Shown here in pieces: positions 18,231-28,391 of a stretch of 64,000 nt of DNA. The stretch is from a virus (taxonomy: Duplodnaviria > Heunggongvirae > Uroviricota > Caudoviricetes). The first letter of the stretch is position 1. Every line of letters begins with the position of its first letter. Below the pieces are notes generated by a model, which saw only the letters and a list, made by a program, of their open reading frames with translations, made no database searches and was not told where the DNA came from. The stretch spans positions 85,367-149,366 of the IMG/VR virus record IMGVR_UViG_3300017992_000015; one strand, written 5' to 3'. The translations under genes and the position numbers were made by a program.

Positions 18231-19885
18231 TATTCTTCTCCAATTTCTGGACATTCAGCGCCCAGTTCCAGATTGTAATCGCCGATGAACTTGTTGACGT
18301 ACAGCGGATGCCGCGGCACGCTGAAGTTCGGGCTGTCGAACTCGGTCTGTGTGCGGATATGCGCCAGGCGGAATGCAGAATAGCACTTCTGCTGCTGCGC
18401 CTGGAAGAAGTGGCTGGTTCGAACCACGGAACCGTACCGCGCCTCGCCCGGATCGTTGTACGCTCCCGCGGTGCCTTCCATCTTGATCGTCGTACCCGGC
18501 GCAATGTCGAACCGGACCGGCCCGGAGATGTCGCCGTAGCGGTTCTTGAGCAGCTCCGTCACGTACATGCTGTGCGCGAGGCGGTTCAGCAGCGTCTCCG
18601 TGTCCGCCTTGATGATCTTCGGATCCTGACTCGACGGTGCCGCGCCGTTGCCGGGGTGGTTGAAGGCGTTGCCGCGAGTCTTGCCGGCCCCGATCGCCTG
18701 CGAGTCGGCTGAGAAGATGCACGGGATGATGTAGTTCGTGGCCCAGGTCGGCGCCTGCCGCATGATGACAATGCCGTCCTCGCGGCCGACGTACTGTCCG
18801 CCAATCGTGAGGTTCACGTTCTCGCCCTGCTTGCCGCGGGCGTCGGAGCCCGCCCGCAATCCACGTCCGCCGAAGAGGCCGACCGAGCGGGTGGCGCGCG
18901 GCAGGTGGGCATTCATATCCTGCGTGGCCATGTCTCGTGCCAGGATCGTGTAGCCGAGACCGTACGGGTCCCAGAACTCATTCAGCCCCGGGATGAACGG
19001 GACGATCTTGGCCTTCGTCGGGTACGGGATCAGCGCGAACATGTAGTTCGGCGCCAGCGACCCGATGATCTTGTCCCAGAATGTGGTATTGGCCATCGCC
19101 ATCAGCGTGTTGCCCACTGACGACGGGGTCAGCGTCGACACGGCGATGTCGTCGGCGATGGCGAGGGCCGCCTGGTTCCCGTCCAGCCCAGCGTCGTCGA
19201 ACTCAAGTGGCCCGTCGATGATGTTGAGTGCGTCCTGTGCCTCGCCACCGTTACCGTCGTTGCCAACGTTGCCGCCCAGCGCCAGGAACTGCACCCGATT
19301 GATACGATCCTGAGCTGCCAGCTCCAGGAACCACGGCTTCAAGGCGTCTCCCCACATGTCATTGGTGAGGTTCGCGGCTGTCACCACGGCCTGCGCTGCG
19401 GTGCGGCCGTTGAAATGGCCAAGCCCGCCGCCGCCCGGGTCCAGGATGATTCTGGAGTTGAAGATGAACTGCGTCGGGTTCAATGGGTTGCTCGTCTCGC
19501 TCATGGTCGACGAGAACGAGAGGGCAGACAGCCAGTGCGTGCCCTCGATCGTCATGGCGTAGCTGCTGTACGTCTTCCGGTAGCCCACGCCCGTCACCCA
19601 GCCGCAGAAGATCAGGTACGTACCCACAGGGATGATCGCCGTCTGGTCGCCGCTGATGAACGTCACCTGGATGTAGACCTTCAGCGGGATCTGCAGCATC
19701 TCCTGGTTGTCGACGGTGTGTGTCGTTGCCGGAGGGTGGGGAGGCAAGACATAGTACCCCACAGGCAAGACGGCGGTGCAGCTGGGGATGCGGTTCATCT
19801 CATACGAACACGCAAACTGGTTCAGCTCCACGATCGTTCCGCCGATGTCCGCCCAGAGGCGGAACCGCATTGAGGCATAAGACAT
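18230..19885 (-). CDS. Probable baseplate hub protein (gp27/gp44-like)
   Basis: N-terminal SYEMNRIPSCTAVL and C-terminal GDISGPVRFDIAPGTTIKMEG...YGSVVRTSHFF resemble hub proteins. Position after the tape measure. Confidence 0.55.
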   Translation of the reverse strand: MSYASMRFRLWADIGGTIVELNQFACSYEMNRIPSCTAVLPVGYYVLPPHPPATTHTVDNQEMLQIPLKVYIQVTFISGDQTAIIPVGTYLIFCGWVTGVGYRKTYSSYAMTIEGTHWLSALSFSSTMSETSNPLNPTQFIFNSRIILDPGGGGLGHFNGRTAAQAVVTAANLTNDMWGDALKPWFLELAAQDRINRVQFLALGGNVGNDGNGGEAQDALNIIDGPLEFDDAGLDGNQAALAIADDIAVSTLTPSSVGNTLMAMANTTFWDKIIGSLAPNYMFALIPYPTKAKIVPFIPGLNEFWDPYGLGYTILARDMATQDMNAHLPRATRSVGLFGGRGLRAGSDARGKQGENVNLTIGGQYVGREDGIVIMRQAPTWATNYIIPCIFSADSQAIGAGKTRGNAFNHPGNGAAPSSQDPKIIKADTETLLNRLAHSMYVTELLKNRYGDISGPVRFDIAPGTTIKMEGTAGAYNDPGEARYGSVVRTSHFFQAQQQKCYSAFRLAHIRTQTEFDSPNFSVPRHPLYVNKFIGDYNLELGAECPEIGEE

Positions 19886-20376
19886 TAGCTTTTCTCCCTC
19901 AGTTCATCCATGCGGTACGCCAGCGCCAGTGTGATGCCTGCGACCTTGTACGGGAAGAAACACATCTCCTTCCAGAAGTAGTGGAACGTATCGTACGGCG
20001 ACAAACGCGGCGAACCAAACAGCTCGTCGATCTCGTCGGGCGACAGGTTCATCGCGAACACCAGGTCCTGGAGGTCTCCGAGCGTCGCCAGTCGACGAAG
20101 CTGCAGCGCTTCCCCTCGCGGCTCGTAGCTGATCCGCTTGTCCTTGTCCAAGACGAAGTATTCCAGGTCCGGACACGAGTGGTACAGCGCCATCAGCTGT
20201 GCCAGCCGGTAGTTCTTGGCAGCTCTGTCGCTGGTCGGGAACAGGATGCCGTAGACACGTGCCAACACAGGTGGCAGTGCGAGCGTACGGGACTCCTCGG
20301 GGACGTACTCCTCGTACGGACCGTCGAGCGCGGCCGCCGGTTCATTCAGCAGCAATGTACGTACGTGGTTTATCAT
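19885..20376 (-). CDS. Hypothetical tail/baseplate protein
   Basis: Start reassigned to MINHVRTLLLN (ATGA overlap with the upstream stop). Confidence 0.6.
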   Translation of the reverse strand: MINHVRTLLLNEPAAALDGPYEEYVPEESRTLALPPVLARVYGILFPTSDRAAKNYRLAQLMALYHSCPDLEYFVLDKDKRISYEPRGEALQLRRLATLGDLQDLVFAMNLSPDEIDELFGSPRLSPYDTFHYFWKEMCFFPYKVAGITLALAYRMDELREKS

Positions 20377-20825
20377 TGCGTGATGGTCTTCAGTTTGAAT
20401 GTGAATTGCCCGATGCCGGACCGCGGGTTGTTGGCGGTGAAGTTCGCCGCGATGACGAACGCCCATGCAGCCCACCCGGCCATGTTGACCACGACGGGCG
20501 TGCCGGTCACCGAGATCGCGTACGTGTTGTAGTACTCGATGGCCTTGTTCATGCCGTGCGGTCCTGCGTTTGGGCAGTCTCCGGCCAGCGCCATCCCGTT
20601 GACGACGAAGTCACCCATCTTCTCGCCGAAGACGTAGACGTAGGTGAAGTTCCGCAGCGTCAGGAGGAACTGGAAGTTGCCCATTGTGTTGCCTGCGACT
20701 CCGGTCAGCACACAGTGCGTAGCCGGGAAGCCCGTCCAGCCGCCCAGCGAGAACTGCATCGGTGCGGCCTTCGGGTCAGACACGACGCCGGGTACGCCGA
20801 CGTATGATGGAAATATGTATGCCAT
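20373..20825 (-). CDS. Possible tail-tube-initiator-like protein
   Basis: Beta-rich 150-aa ORF directly after the tape measure. NFQFLLTLRNFTYVYVFGEKMG loosely parallels the tube protein. Start at MAYIFP. Confidence 0.45.
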   Translation of the reverse strand: MAYIFPSYVGVPGVVSDPKAAPMQFSLGGWTGFPATHCVLTGVAGNTMGNFQFLLTLRNFTYVYVFGEKMGDFVVNGMALAGDCPNAGPHGMNKAIEYYNTYAISVTGTPVVVNMAGWAAWAFVIAANFTANNPRSGIGQFTFKLKTITQ

Positions 20826-20829
20826 GTTA

Positions 20830-23331
20830 TTACCCTGGGTTCGTTGCTGAATCCAAGTTTTGACCTTCAGTAGAACCTGTGTCAACGTCCTCGTTGTCGT
20901 TGACAACCGTGTTGACCTGGTTGACGACTTCAACCTGCGTGACGCCCTTACCAGCCTCGCCGCCGCCGACAGCCCCGCCGTCCTGTGAGGTATCGTCCTG
21001 CTGCGAGACAGGTTTTATAGTGGAGTCGTCACCGCCCTCGCCGGTGAAAAAGCCTTTGGCTGCAGCCTCACGATTCGCCGCTTCGCTTCGAGCGATCGCC
21101 GCGTCGCGCTCTTGCTTGTCCATCTTTGCGACTTCTTCCTTACCGAAGATCCGTTCGGCGTCCTTACGGAGGTCGGCTTGTCGCTTGTCTTCTGCACTCT
21201 GGAAACCCTCAGACTTTGCTTCCAGCTCTTCGATGCGCTTTCGCGACCGCTCCGCGCGCGACCGCGCGAACTTCAGCTCGCCGACACCTTCAGCTTCACC
21301 CTCGGCAATGGCAGCCTCGAGGCCTTCCAGCTTCTTGCGTTCGTCACGCAGCTCCATGTCGATCTTCTTCTTTTCGTCCTTGACCTTCTCCTTCGTGTCC
21401 TTCTTGGATTCCTTATCCTCGCTCTTCTCGATGTCACCGATGATCGCCTGGATCTTCTCCTGATCGACGCCGAGTCCGCCGAGCAGCTTGGCGATGATCG
21501 TCGCGGCCGACGTGTCACCGCCCTTGATCGCGTCGACGACGCGTTCGAGCGGCTGGTCTTGTCCGACCGCTGCCGTACGCGCTTCGGCTTCGGCCTTACG
21601 CTTGGCGATGGCCTGCTGCTCCTGCACTCGATCGAGGATCTGCTCGTTGTTCAGCAGCGCCGCCTCGCCGAAGCTGGAGAAGCCGAACTGCTGGGCAGTA
21701 CGAGTGGCTTCGCTCAGCGCCAGTGAGGACGCCGTCCGGGCATCACTGTCGCTGAAGCCCAACTCCTTGAGTCGTGCGGTGGCCTCTGCCTGCACTTCCT
21801 CCCGCGACTGGCCGGCACTCTCTCGGATTGCATCCGACACGACGGCACCGGCCTGCATGGCCAGTTGACCAGACAGCCCGCGCTTGCCGCCGACGGCGCT
21901 CAGGGTGTTGGCGATGTTCCGTGTCAGGGACTGCTTAATATCCACGTCCCACTGCTGGTTCCGGGCGGACTGTGCCACCTTGTCGCCGTACCGCATGAGG
22001 TTGTCCTCACGCTGGTTGCGGATGATGGCCGCCACTTTCGGGTCGACGCCGCTGTTCACGAGCATCTCGCGGAAGTCGCCCTCCTCCATGTACCGATAGT
22101 TGCCCTTCATCAGCTCTTCGTACTTCGCCTTGGCTTGGCCGGAGAGCATGCCTTCCTCGCCCATACGCATGAGCGCAGCCATCTGGTCGGCAACCGGGCT
22201 GTTGGCAGCCTGTGCTGTCAGCAGCGCGTCCTTCTGCATGAGCTGGGCCTTACTAGTACGCGACTCCATCAGCGCCTGCCCGCCGAGCTGCCCGGCGACA
22301 GCACCCATCGCCAGCGCGTGTTGCCCTGCGATGACACCAGAGCTGATGTCGCCGCCCTGTTCGAGCGACCGCTGGCCCGCCATCTGCTGCAGCCCGATCG
22401 CTTTGCCGAACGCGCCGGGGTCGTCACCGTAGCCAGCACGTGCCAGCTGCTTGAACTGCCGCACTTGCATACCGAGATCGCCGAGCTCCTCGCGGCTCGT
22501 ACCGCTCAGCGTCACCAGGTTCAGCGCCTGGAACTGCTGCGAGGTCGTCAGACCCGGACCAAACACGTCACGGATGGCGCTGATCGGCGAGGTGATCTGC
22601 TGTGCGAACTGGTTGAGTGACTGCGCGTCCTGGTTGAAGTCGCCTTCCAGCAGGTTCCCCGGGCCGAGACCCTGACGCTGCGCTTCGGCGATGATGGATC
22701 CAGTCTGCCCGATCCCGAAACCGTGTGTCGCCTGCGGTCGACGGACCTGGTTGCCTGCCGCATCGTGGAACAGGCTGCGGTACACGTTCTGGGTCAGGTT
22801 CTGCACACGCATCTGCGTGTCCATCATGCTGACACCGGTACCGGGCATGTTCGGAGCAGCCATCTGTGGGCGGAACATGCCGCCCAGCTGCTGCGCGAAC
22901 TGCATCTGACCCATGCCGGGGCCAAGGGCATCAGCCAGCCCAGGCGCCGCCATACTTGCGAACGGCAGGATCTGCCCAGCAATCTGGCCGATCTGTTGGC
23001 TCTGCTGCGCGAACCCAGGCGTACCGTGCCCGGCCAGCATCCCGCTCATGCCGAGCCCGCCGAGCAAGCCCCGCACGTCTGCCGCGGCACCGCTCGCACC
23101 GATCGTACTGGAGAGCCCCATCTGCATCCGCTGGAACTGTTGAGCTTCCAGCGTGTTCATGAAGCTCTGGTTGGGCATGAACTGGCCCATCTGCATGCCA
23201 GGCGCTAGCATGCCCGCCCCGAACTGCGCGCCCATACCGATCAGCGGATTCATACCGGGAAACAGATTCGGCGAACCGAACGGTGACATGTACGGCGGCT
23301 GAAACCCCGGTGCTTGATACCCCATGGACAT
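20830..23331 (-). CDS. Tape measure protein
   Basis: 833 aa, Ala/Gly/Gln/Met-rich helical with a charged coiled-coil end. Lies immediately after a frameshift-linked chaperone pair. Confidence 0.75.
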   Translation of the reverse strand: MSMGYQAPGFQPPYMSPFGSPNLFPGMNPLIGMGAQFGAGMLAPGMQMGQFMPNQSFMNTLEAQQFQRMQMGLSSTIGASGAAADVRGLLGGLGMSGMLAGHGTPGFAQQSQQIGQIAGQILPFASMAAPGLADALGPGMGQMQFAQQLGGMFRPQMAAPNMPGTGVSMMDTQMRVQNLTQNVYRSLFHDAAGNQVRRPQATHGFGIGQTGSIIAEAQRQGLGPGNLLEGDFNQDAQSLNQFAQQITSPISAIRDVFGPGLTTSQQFQALNLVTLSGTSREELGDLGMQVRQFKQLARAGYGDDPGAFGKAIGLQQMAGQRSLEQGGDISSGVIAGQHALAMGAVAGQLGGQALMESRTSKAQLMQKDALLTAQAANSPVADQMAALMRMGEEGMLSGQAKAKYEELMKGNYRYMEEGDFREMLVNSGVDPKVAAIIRNQREDNLMRYGDKVAQSARNQQWDVDIKQSLTRNIANTLSAVGGKRGLSGQLAMQAGAVVSDAIRESAGQSREEVQAEATARLKELGFSDSDARTASSLALSEATRTAQQFGFSSFGEAALLNNEQILDRVQEQQAIAKRKAEAEARTAAVGQDQPLERVVDAIKGGDTSAATIIAKLLGGLGVDQEKIQAIIGDIEKSEDKESKKDTKEKVKDEKKKIDMELRDERKKLEGLEAAIAEGEAEGVGELKFARSRAERSRKRIEELEAKSEGFQSAEDKRQADLRKDAERIFGKEEVAKMDKQERDAAIARSEAANREAAAKGFFTGEGGDDSTIKPVSQQDDTSQDGGAVGGGEAGKGVTQVEVVNQVNTVVNDNEDVDTGSTEGQNLDSATNPG

Positions 23332-23720
23332 TACTTAGTCCTCCAGTGCTGGATCAGGCGCTGCATCTCCGCCTGGTAAGTAGGATCGTTCGGATCGCCC
23401 CAGGTTTCGATGTAGCGGTCACGCATTTCCTTCAACGTCTCCTTTACGTCCTCGGGTCCAACTTTAAGCCAGGGCGCGAGCTTACGACACAGCCGGGACC
23501 GCAGCATCTCTGCTGAGTCCCAGTGCATCTCGAGCGTATCCCTATGCGTCAGGTAACTCAGTACGGCCAGGTTGAACTGGAACTTGTGCTCCGCCAACTT
23601 GGCTGACACCTGTCTTCCAACGTAATCGATGACTACTCTAAGCTTCCGCCACCACCAGGGATCTCGTAGATCGGCCTGTCGGAAATCGATCATGCCTTCA
23701 CAGGCCGCCTGAATCATCAA
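23331..23720 (-). CDS. Tail assembly chaperone, second (gpT-like) frame
   Basis: In the -1 frame of the upstream gene and open from the slippery site at 23741-23747. TAATG-coupled to the tape measure. Confidence 0.7.
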   Translation of the reverse strand: MMIQAACEGMIDFRQADLRDPWWWRKLRVVIDYVGRQVSAKLAEHKFQFNLAVLSYLTHRDTLEMHWDSAEMLRSRLCRKLAPWLKVGPEDVKETLKEMRDRYIETWGDPNDPTYQAEMQRLIQHWRTK

Positions 23721-23725
23721 ACAGG

Positions 23726-24973
23726 CTACGCGATCCCGGAGAAAAAATCCGGGTCTTCCGCCTTCGCCTCAAGCGTTGCCAGGGTGCCGAGGAACTCGGC
23801 CCAGGCGTTGTAGATCACCTTCCGGAGGCTGTCCGTGGTGAACACCTCGTTGTGCAGGTAGTCGTCCATTGCAGCCACCGGAGTGGCGAAGTTCTCTTCA
23901 TCATACTCGAGCGCTCCGATCTCCGGGAACTCAAGCTCCGTGTGGCCCTGCCGGGCGATGACAGCAATGCCAGCAGCCAGCTTGTACCGCTCGATTTCCC
24001 GGCTGTACTGGACGAGGTTCACGATCTTGTCGGCCTGCAGGTCGATGTCGGCCTGTTGGATCGCTGTGTCGACCTCGCGCGGCTTCAGTGCCCGGAACAC
24101 CACCTTGATCTTCCCGCCGAACAACGAGTACTCCTTCGTGAACCTGTGCTCACCGCCGAGAATGCAGGCCACGAAGGCGATTTTGTCGGCGTCCGTCGGC
24201 TCGTTCAGGTCCGTGTTCAGATCGAACGAGCAGCGCGGGCAGATCACGGCGTAATCCTCGGGCACCGCGCCGCCGGCCTCCGAATTTTCTTCACGTGAAT
24301 AAATTTCAGGCTCCGGATCCGACGGAACCTCGGGTTTTGCGGGCTTTTGCTTCAGCGAGAAGCCCGGCTTGCTCCGATCGCCGAGGTCGTCGGTGATGGT
24401 GAGCTTGCCCTGCTGCTGCGCTGCCGCCTGCCGTGCGTGCTGCACTGCAGCAAAGCCGCCGGGCGCGCTGGCCACGGACGCTGGCATGGCGTTGGCCGCG
24501 GCTTCGGCGCTCTTCTGCGACTTGGCGGCGGCCAGCTGTACCTGCAGCTCCTGCATCTCGAGCATCCGCGCAGCCAGCGCTTGCTGCTCCGCTTCGGGCA
24601 GCTCCTCGATCGGGACTGGCTCGGGCATCTTGATAGGCGGCGTGCGCGGATCTACCGGCGTCAACCCGGCCAGGTCGGAGGCCTCCTGCTCGATCTGCGC
24701 GGCCTGCGCTGCCAGCCTGCGGCCGACTGCGGTAGTGGACAGGTCCGGGACTGGATCGCCAGCTTGGTGGCCGGCGTGCGCCAGCAGGACACGTTCGTCC
24801 TCTGTGAGGTCTTCAGCTCCGCGCACGGCATCCACCGGCAGTTTGCCGAGGATCTTGCCGGGGCGTTGCGGAGGCATCTCCGCGCCGACGGAAGCAGCAG
24901 CGGCAGCCTGGGCCTTACGCTGCTCGGCAGTGGGCGGGAGCGGGAAACGTCGTCGTGGGGTGTCTTTGGCCAT
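23726..24973 (-). CDS. Tail assembly chaperone (gpG-like), long form with CPRC motif
   Basis: Ends ...EDPDFFSGIA across a T TTT TTC heptamer, upstream of the tape measure. The N-terminal half is Pro/Ala/Gln-rich. Confidence 0.65.
   Translation of the reverse strand: MAKDTPRRRFPLPPTAEQRKAQAAAAASVGAEMPPQRPGKILGKLPVDAVRGAEDLTEDERVLLAHAGHQAGDPVPDLSTTAVGRRLAAQAAQIEQEASDLAGLTPVDPRTPPIKMPEPVPIEELPEAEQQALAARMLEMQELQVQLAAAKSQKSAEAAANAMPASVASAPGGFAAVQHARQAAAQQQGKLTITDDLGDRSKPGFSLKQKPAKPEVPSDPEPEIYSREENSEAGGAVPEDYAVICPRCSFDLNTDLNEPTDADKIAFVACILGGEHRFTKEYSLFGGKIKVVFRALKPREVDTAIQQADIDLQADKIVNLVQYSREIERYKLAAGIAVIARQGHTELEFPEIGALEYDEENFATPVAAMDDYLHNEVFTTDSLRKVIYNAWAEFLGTLATLEAKAEDPDFFSGIA
23741..23747 (-). 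other. -1 programmed ribosomal frameshift slippery heptamer (U UUU UUC)
   Basis: Minus strand GAT TTT TTC TCC. A -1 slip gives TTT CTC CGG GAT CGC GTA GCC TGT TTG ATG ATT CAG, in frame with 23331..23720. Confidence 0.8.
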
Positions 24974-24982
24974 GATTTTCCT

Positions 24983-27790
24983 TTACTTTCCGATGATTAG
25001 GTAGTTACCGTCGAGCTTCACGTCGTTGAGGCTGTTGAGCGTAACCGGCGACTCGTACGTGCTTCCTCGGTCCGCTGCCTGCCCGGTGCTCATGTTGTAC
25101 AGCTTCAGATCGTGCTGCAACCATGTCCGGCTGCCGCTTCCGGTCTCTTGGAACCGATCGCGACCCGGGAACGGGTAGGTTTCATCGCTCGTGATATCGC
25201 CGTGTGCTTGGTTTGCCTCAACGTAGTTCTCGGTCCAGGTCTGCGTGCCCGAGCTGCCACCGAGCCGGGCCATCTGTTGCCAGCGGGATTCGTACAGGAA
25301 GAACCCATCCGACTTGTAGTCTTCCTCGGTCCGCAAGTGGACCCACACGCTGGAGATCACATCATTTTTACCAGGTCGTGAGGTCCCGTACCACATACGG
25401 GTCATATCTTTGGCGTAGCTGCTGACGCCCCAGGCGATCAGCGCGATCTCGTACTGGTGCCCTTGGTCGATGGCGTCCGAGATGTTCCCGGCGCTCGCCG
25501 TGGTCAGCTTACCGACCAGACCGCCTGACGTCGAATAGTGGTGGCCTTCCGGTGTCAGGAAGTCGCCCTTGGCCAGGTGCGACCCATACGACAGCAGGTC
25601 GCCGTCGGTGTACACGTCGCCGCCGAGCGTGACCCCGTCCTCGGTGAAGAAGTGCACCGTGCTGCCAGCCGTATCCGGGAAGATATGGGCCACAGCGCAG
25701 TGGACGAAGTGCTTCACGAAGTTGGAGCGCGTGACGATATCACCCTTGCCGTAGGCGTCGAGCGTGATGTCGCCGACCTTCGGCAGCGGGTCTTCGGCCG
25801 TACCCGAGTCGCCAGCCGACTTGGAGTCGACAGCCGGACCTCGCGTACGCAGGTAGATGCTCTCCGCCCAGCCGATGATCTCAGTACCCAGCGCCTTGAA
25901 GATGATCCCGTTGGCCTCAACGTCTTCGCCGGTGTTGTTGTAGAAGTCGTATTTCGGCGGACCGTCCGCGCGGCATTCGATGATGACGCCGCCCTGACTC
26001 TCGCCGGTGGCCTCGCTGTTGCCAGCCAAGATCCAGCAGTTCTTCTCGGCCTTGATGCGCACGTCCTTCTCGTTGGCCGTGACATCCACACAGTTCCAGG
26101 CGCGCCAGCAGATGTCACGACCACCCCACCCAATAAGGTTACGGCCCGAGGACATGAAAATATCGCCCGGCGCGTCGATGAAGATGCAGCCGTTCGACAT
26201 CCGGATCTCAGAGCCCCAACCGTCGCCTAGCAGCACGCCGCCTTCCTCTAACAGCGTGAGATAGGCTGTGCTGTGGTAAATGTTCTTGGTGTTGTCCGAC
26301 CGGTGATCCAGCGTGTACGAGTTATACGACGGGTCGCCGAGATACCATGAGGTGTCCACGTTGAGATCGCCCCAGGTCGGAATCTCCTGGTTCGTCGAGA
26401 TGTGGTCGTATCCCGACTCTTCTGGGTAGTAGTAGTCGTCACTGTGGTAATGGAACGGGTGCGCGCTGCTCCAGTTGAACAGGTATGCGTGGTGATCCAT
26501 GACGGTGGCGGCCGCGGACATGGCGAACTCGCCGGACGCGACGGTCGGCAGCGGCTGCATCTTGTGGGCGGAGCCCGAGCCGTACTGCGACGAGGCCTTG
26601 TACGTCGACGGCTGGTCGCCAGCGTAGTGCGTCACATCCCTGATGCGCTTCGGCACCGGGAGGATCGGGCGCTTGGCGATGGTGATGCCGGAGGCCGTAC
26701 GCACCGACCAGTGGCCCGCCATGTCGATGTTCTGTTCGTGCAGACCGATCGGCTCGTAGTCCTGGTCGCTGTAGAGCATCTGGTAGTCTGTGCCGGTCTG
26801 CAGCGGCGCACACATCATCTTCTTCTGGCCCTGGCCGAGGTAGCCAGCGTACTCGCGGAACCGGTGGAACGGCTGCAGATCGTCGTTGTCCGGCTCGAAC
26901 CTGGCGTAGTAGGGCGCCGTGTTCTGTGTGACGTCGGCGGAACGCTCCTGCAGGACGCTGGAGTCGGGACCCTGGAGCTGGCCCATGTGTTCCCACGGGT
27001 ACGTGGCGATGCCCTTGTACCACATGTGCTCGCCTTCGTCGTCGTACGACTCGAGCTCGGATCCGCTTGTCCACCGCTGGAAGTTCTGCCCTGACAGACG
27101 GACGAGGCCGTCCCAGTAGAACATCCACAGCCCGGACCACTCGTCGGCACGCATGAACGCCATGTACGGGTCCATGTGGAGCATCAGCCCGGTCTCCATC
27201 GATCGGTTGAACTCACCGATCTCCAGGCTGTCAAACGGGGTGCGGCCGGCATAGTCGGTGACGCCGCCGTTCAGGGACATGGGACCCTGGAACCCGCCAA
27301 GCAGGAAGACTTCGTGGAAGCCGGTCTCTACGTTGAGCCCGGTGTTGGAACCCTGTGAGATCACGTCGCCGTAGAACAGCCGCGGATCGTACATGTACAT
27401 CGGTTCGATGGCGACGATCAGGCCGGTCGGGTCGTTCTTCTGTTGGACGTACCGGACGTGCGTACCGGCGATGAGGGTGTCGGCGTCGTAGGAGCCCATC
27501 GGAGAGACGGTGCCACGCATACCGAGCGAGCAGTCGATGACAGGCCCGCCGTTCTCGGGTTGGACACGGTAGCAGCGGACGCTGGGCAGCGCGTCGATGA
27601 CGAAGCCGTACTGTACCGTGCTGGAGGCAGCCAGGTCGGTGTTGTGCGCAGTGATCGCACCGGCAGGGTCAGACACCGGGTTTTGTCCGGCGGCGGAGCC
27701 TGGCTGCAGACGAGAATTCCAGTCCAGGTTACGCGCAAGGCGGGCGAGCCCGTCCATTGCGGTCCTGATCTTCTTGAATGGTGATGGCAT
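24983..27790 (-). CDS. Probable baseplate central spike (gp5/VgrG/gpV-like)
   Basis: N-terminal OB-fold-like VIDALPSVRCYRVQPE...TLIAGTHVRYV, then beta-helix-like repeats GWGSEIRMSNGCIFIDAPGDIFMSSGRNL...VDVTANEKDVRIKAEKN. Confidence 0.55.
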   Translation of the reverse strand: MPSPFKKIRTAMDGLARLARNLDWNSRLQPGSAAGQNPVSDPAGAITAHNTDLAASSTVQYGFVIDALPSVRCYRVQPENGGPVIDCSLGMRGTVSPMGSYDADTLIAGTHVRYVQQKNDPTGLIVAIEPMYMYDPRLFYGDVISQGSNTGLNVETGFHEVFLLGGFQGPMSLNGGVTDYAGRTPFDSLEIGEFNRSMETGLMLHMDPYMAFMRADEWSGLWMFYWDGLVRLSGQNFQRWTSGSELESYDDEGEHMWYKGIATYPWEHMGQLQGPDSSVLQERSADVTQNTAPYYARFEPDNDDLQPFHRFREYAGYLGQGQKKMMCAPLQTGTDYQMLYSDQDYEPIGLHEQNIDMAGHWSVRTASGITIAKRPILPVPKRIRDVTHYAGDQPSTYKASSQYGSGSAHKMQPLPTVASGEFAMSAAATVMDHHAYLFNWSSAHPFHYHSDDYYYPEESGYDHISTNQEIPTWGDLNVDTSWYLGDPSYNSYTLDHRSDNTKNIYHSTAYLTLLEEGGVLLGDGWGSEIRMSNGCIFIDAPGDIFMSSGRNLIGWGGRDICWRAWNCVDVTANEKDVRIKAEKNCWILAGNSEATGESQGGVIIECRADGPPKYDFYNNTGEDVEANGIIFKALGTEIIGWAESIYLRTRGPAVDSKSAGDSGTAEDPLPKVGDITLDAYGKGDIVTRSNFVKHFVHCAVAHIFPDTAGSTVHFFTEDGVTLGGDVYTDGDLLSYGSHLAKGDFLTPEGHHYSTSGGLVGKLTTASAGNISDAIDQGHQYEIALIAWGVSSYAKDMTRMWYGTSRPGKNDVISSVWVHLRTEEDYKSDGFFLYESRWQQMARLGGSSGTQTWTENYVEANQAHGDITSDETYPFPGRDRFQETGSGSRTWLQHDLKLYNMSTGQAADRGSTYESPVTLNSLNDVKLDGNYLIIGK

Positions 27791-27823
27791 TGTCTTATCC
27801 GGTTATGGGCTGAGTACGCCCTA

Positions 27824-27849
27824 GGGGGCCCGGCTGATGCCGGGCCCCC
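27824..27849. terminator. 11-bp GC hairpin without U-tract after the tail tube gene
   Basis: GGGGGCCCGGC-TGAT-GCCGGGCCCCC, 17 nt past the tube stop codon. Confidence 0.55.
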
Positions 27850-27866
27850 AATACCAATGCTGATCA

Positions 27867-28343
27867 CTACGGTGCTGGTGCGGCTACTCCGTAGGTCAGC
27901 CAGAGGAACAACAGTGTCAGCGATTCGTTGACAACCATGTCCTGCGCCGTCACCGCCCCACCGTAGCCGACGATGACCACGGAGTTCATGACGATCGTCA
28001 CCGTATCACCGGTGTCGCCACCGGAGGCGCAGTTCGCCTGGGCGGTAAACGTCAGGGTGTTGGTGTCGGCGTTACACACGTCGCCGTAGGTTTCGTAGAA
28101 TGCTTCAGCAAGCGCGGCAGGTCCCATGACCCGCTGCACGGTTGCCTGCCCTTGGGTTCGACCGGCAACGAGATACACGTCGCTCGACGCGACCTCGTAC
28201 AATCGTGTGACGTTCTGCTGGTATTGCCATTGCACGCTTTGAGCGAGCAAGCCAGCGCCGAATTCGTCGAATGCCAGCGAGGCCCCGTCAGCAGAGAACG
28301 CACCACCAAAGGTGACTTCACGGGAGAAAATGTCTTGAGCCAT
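27867..28343 (-). CDS. Tail tube protein
   Basis: 158 aa directly after the sheath. LAQSVQWQYQQNVTRLYEVASSDVYLVAG is a tube-like pattern. GGAGG RBS and a 3' hairpin. Confidence 0.75.
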   Translation of the reverse strand: MAQDIFSREVTFGGAFSADGASLAFDEFGAGLLAQSVQWQYQQNVTRLYEVASSDVYLVAGRTQGQATVQRVMGPAALAEAFYETYGDVCNADTNTLTFTAQANCASGGDTGDTVTIVMNSVVIVGYGGAVTAQDMVVNESLTLLFLWLTYGVAAPAP

Positions 28344-28385
28344 TGGCTTTAACCTCCATGTTGGTCAAGTTCGCCAATCCTGGCG

Positions 28386-28391
28386 ATTATA
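28386..28391 (-). promoter_or_regulatory. Candidate -10 element (TATAAT) upstream of the tail tube gene
   Basis: CGTATAAT on the minus strand, overlapping the sheath stop, 43-48 nt before the tube ATG. Same CG prefix as the 9058 element. Confidence 0.4.
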
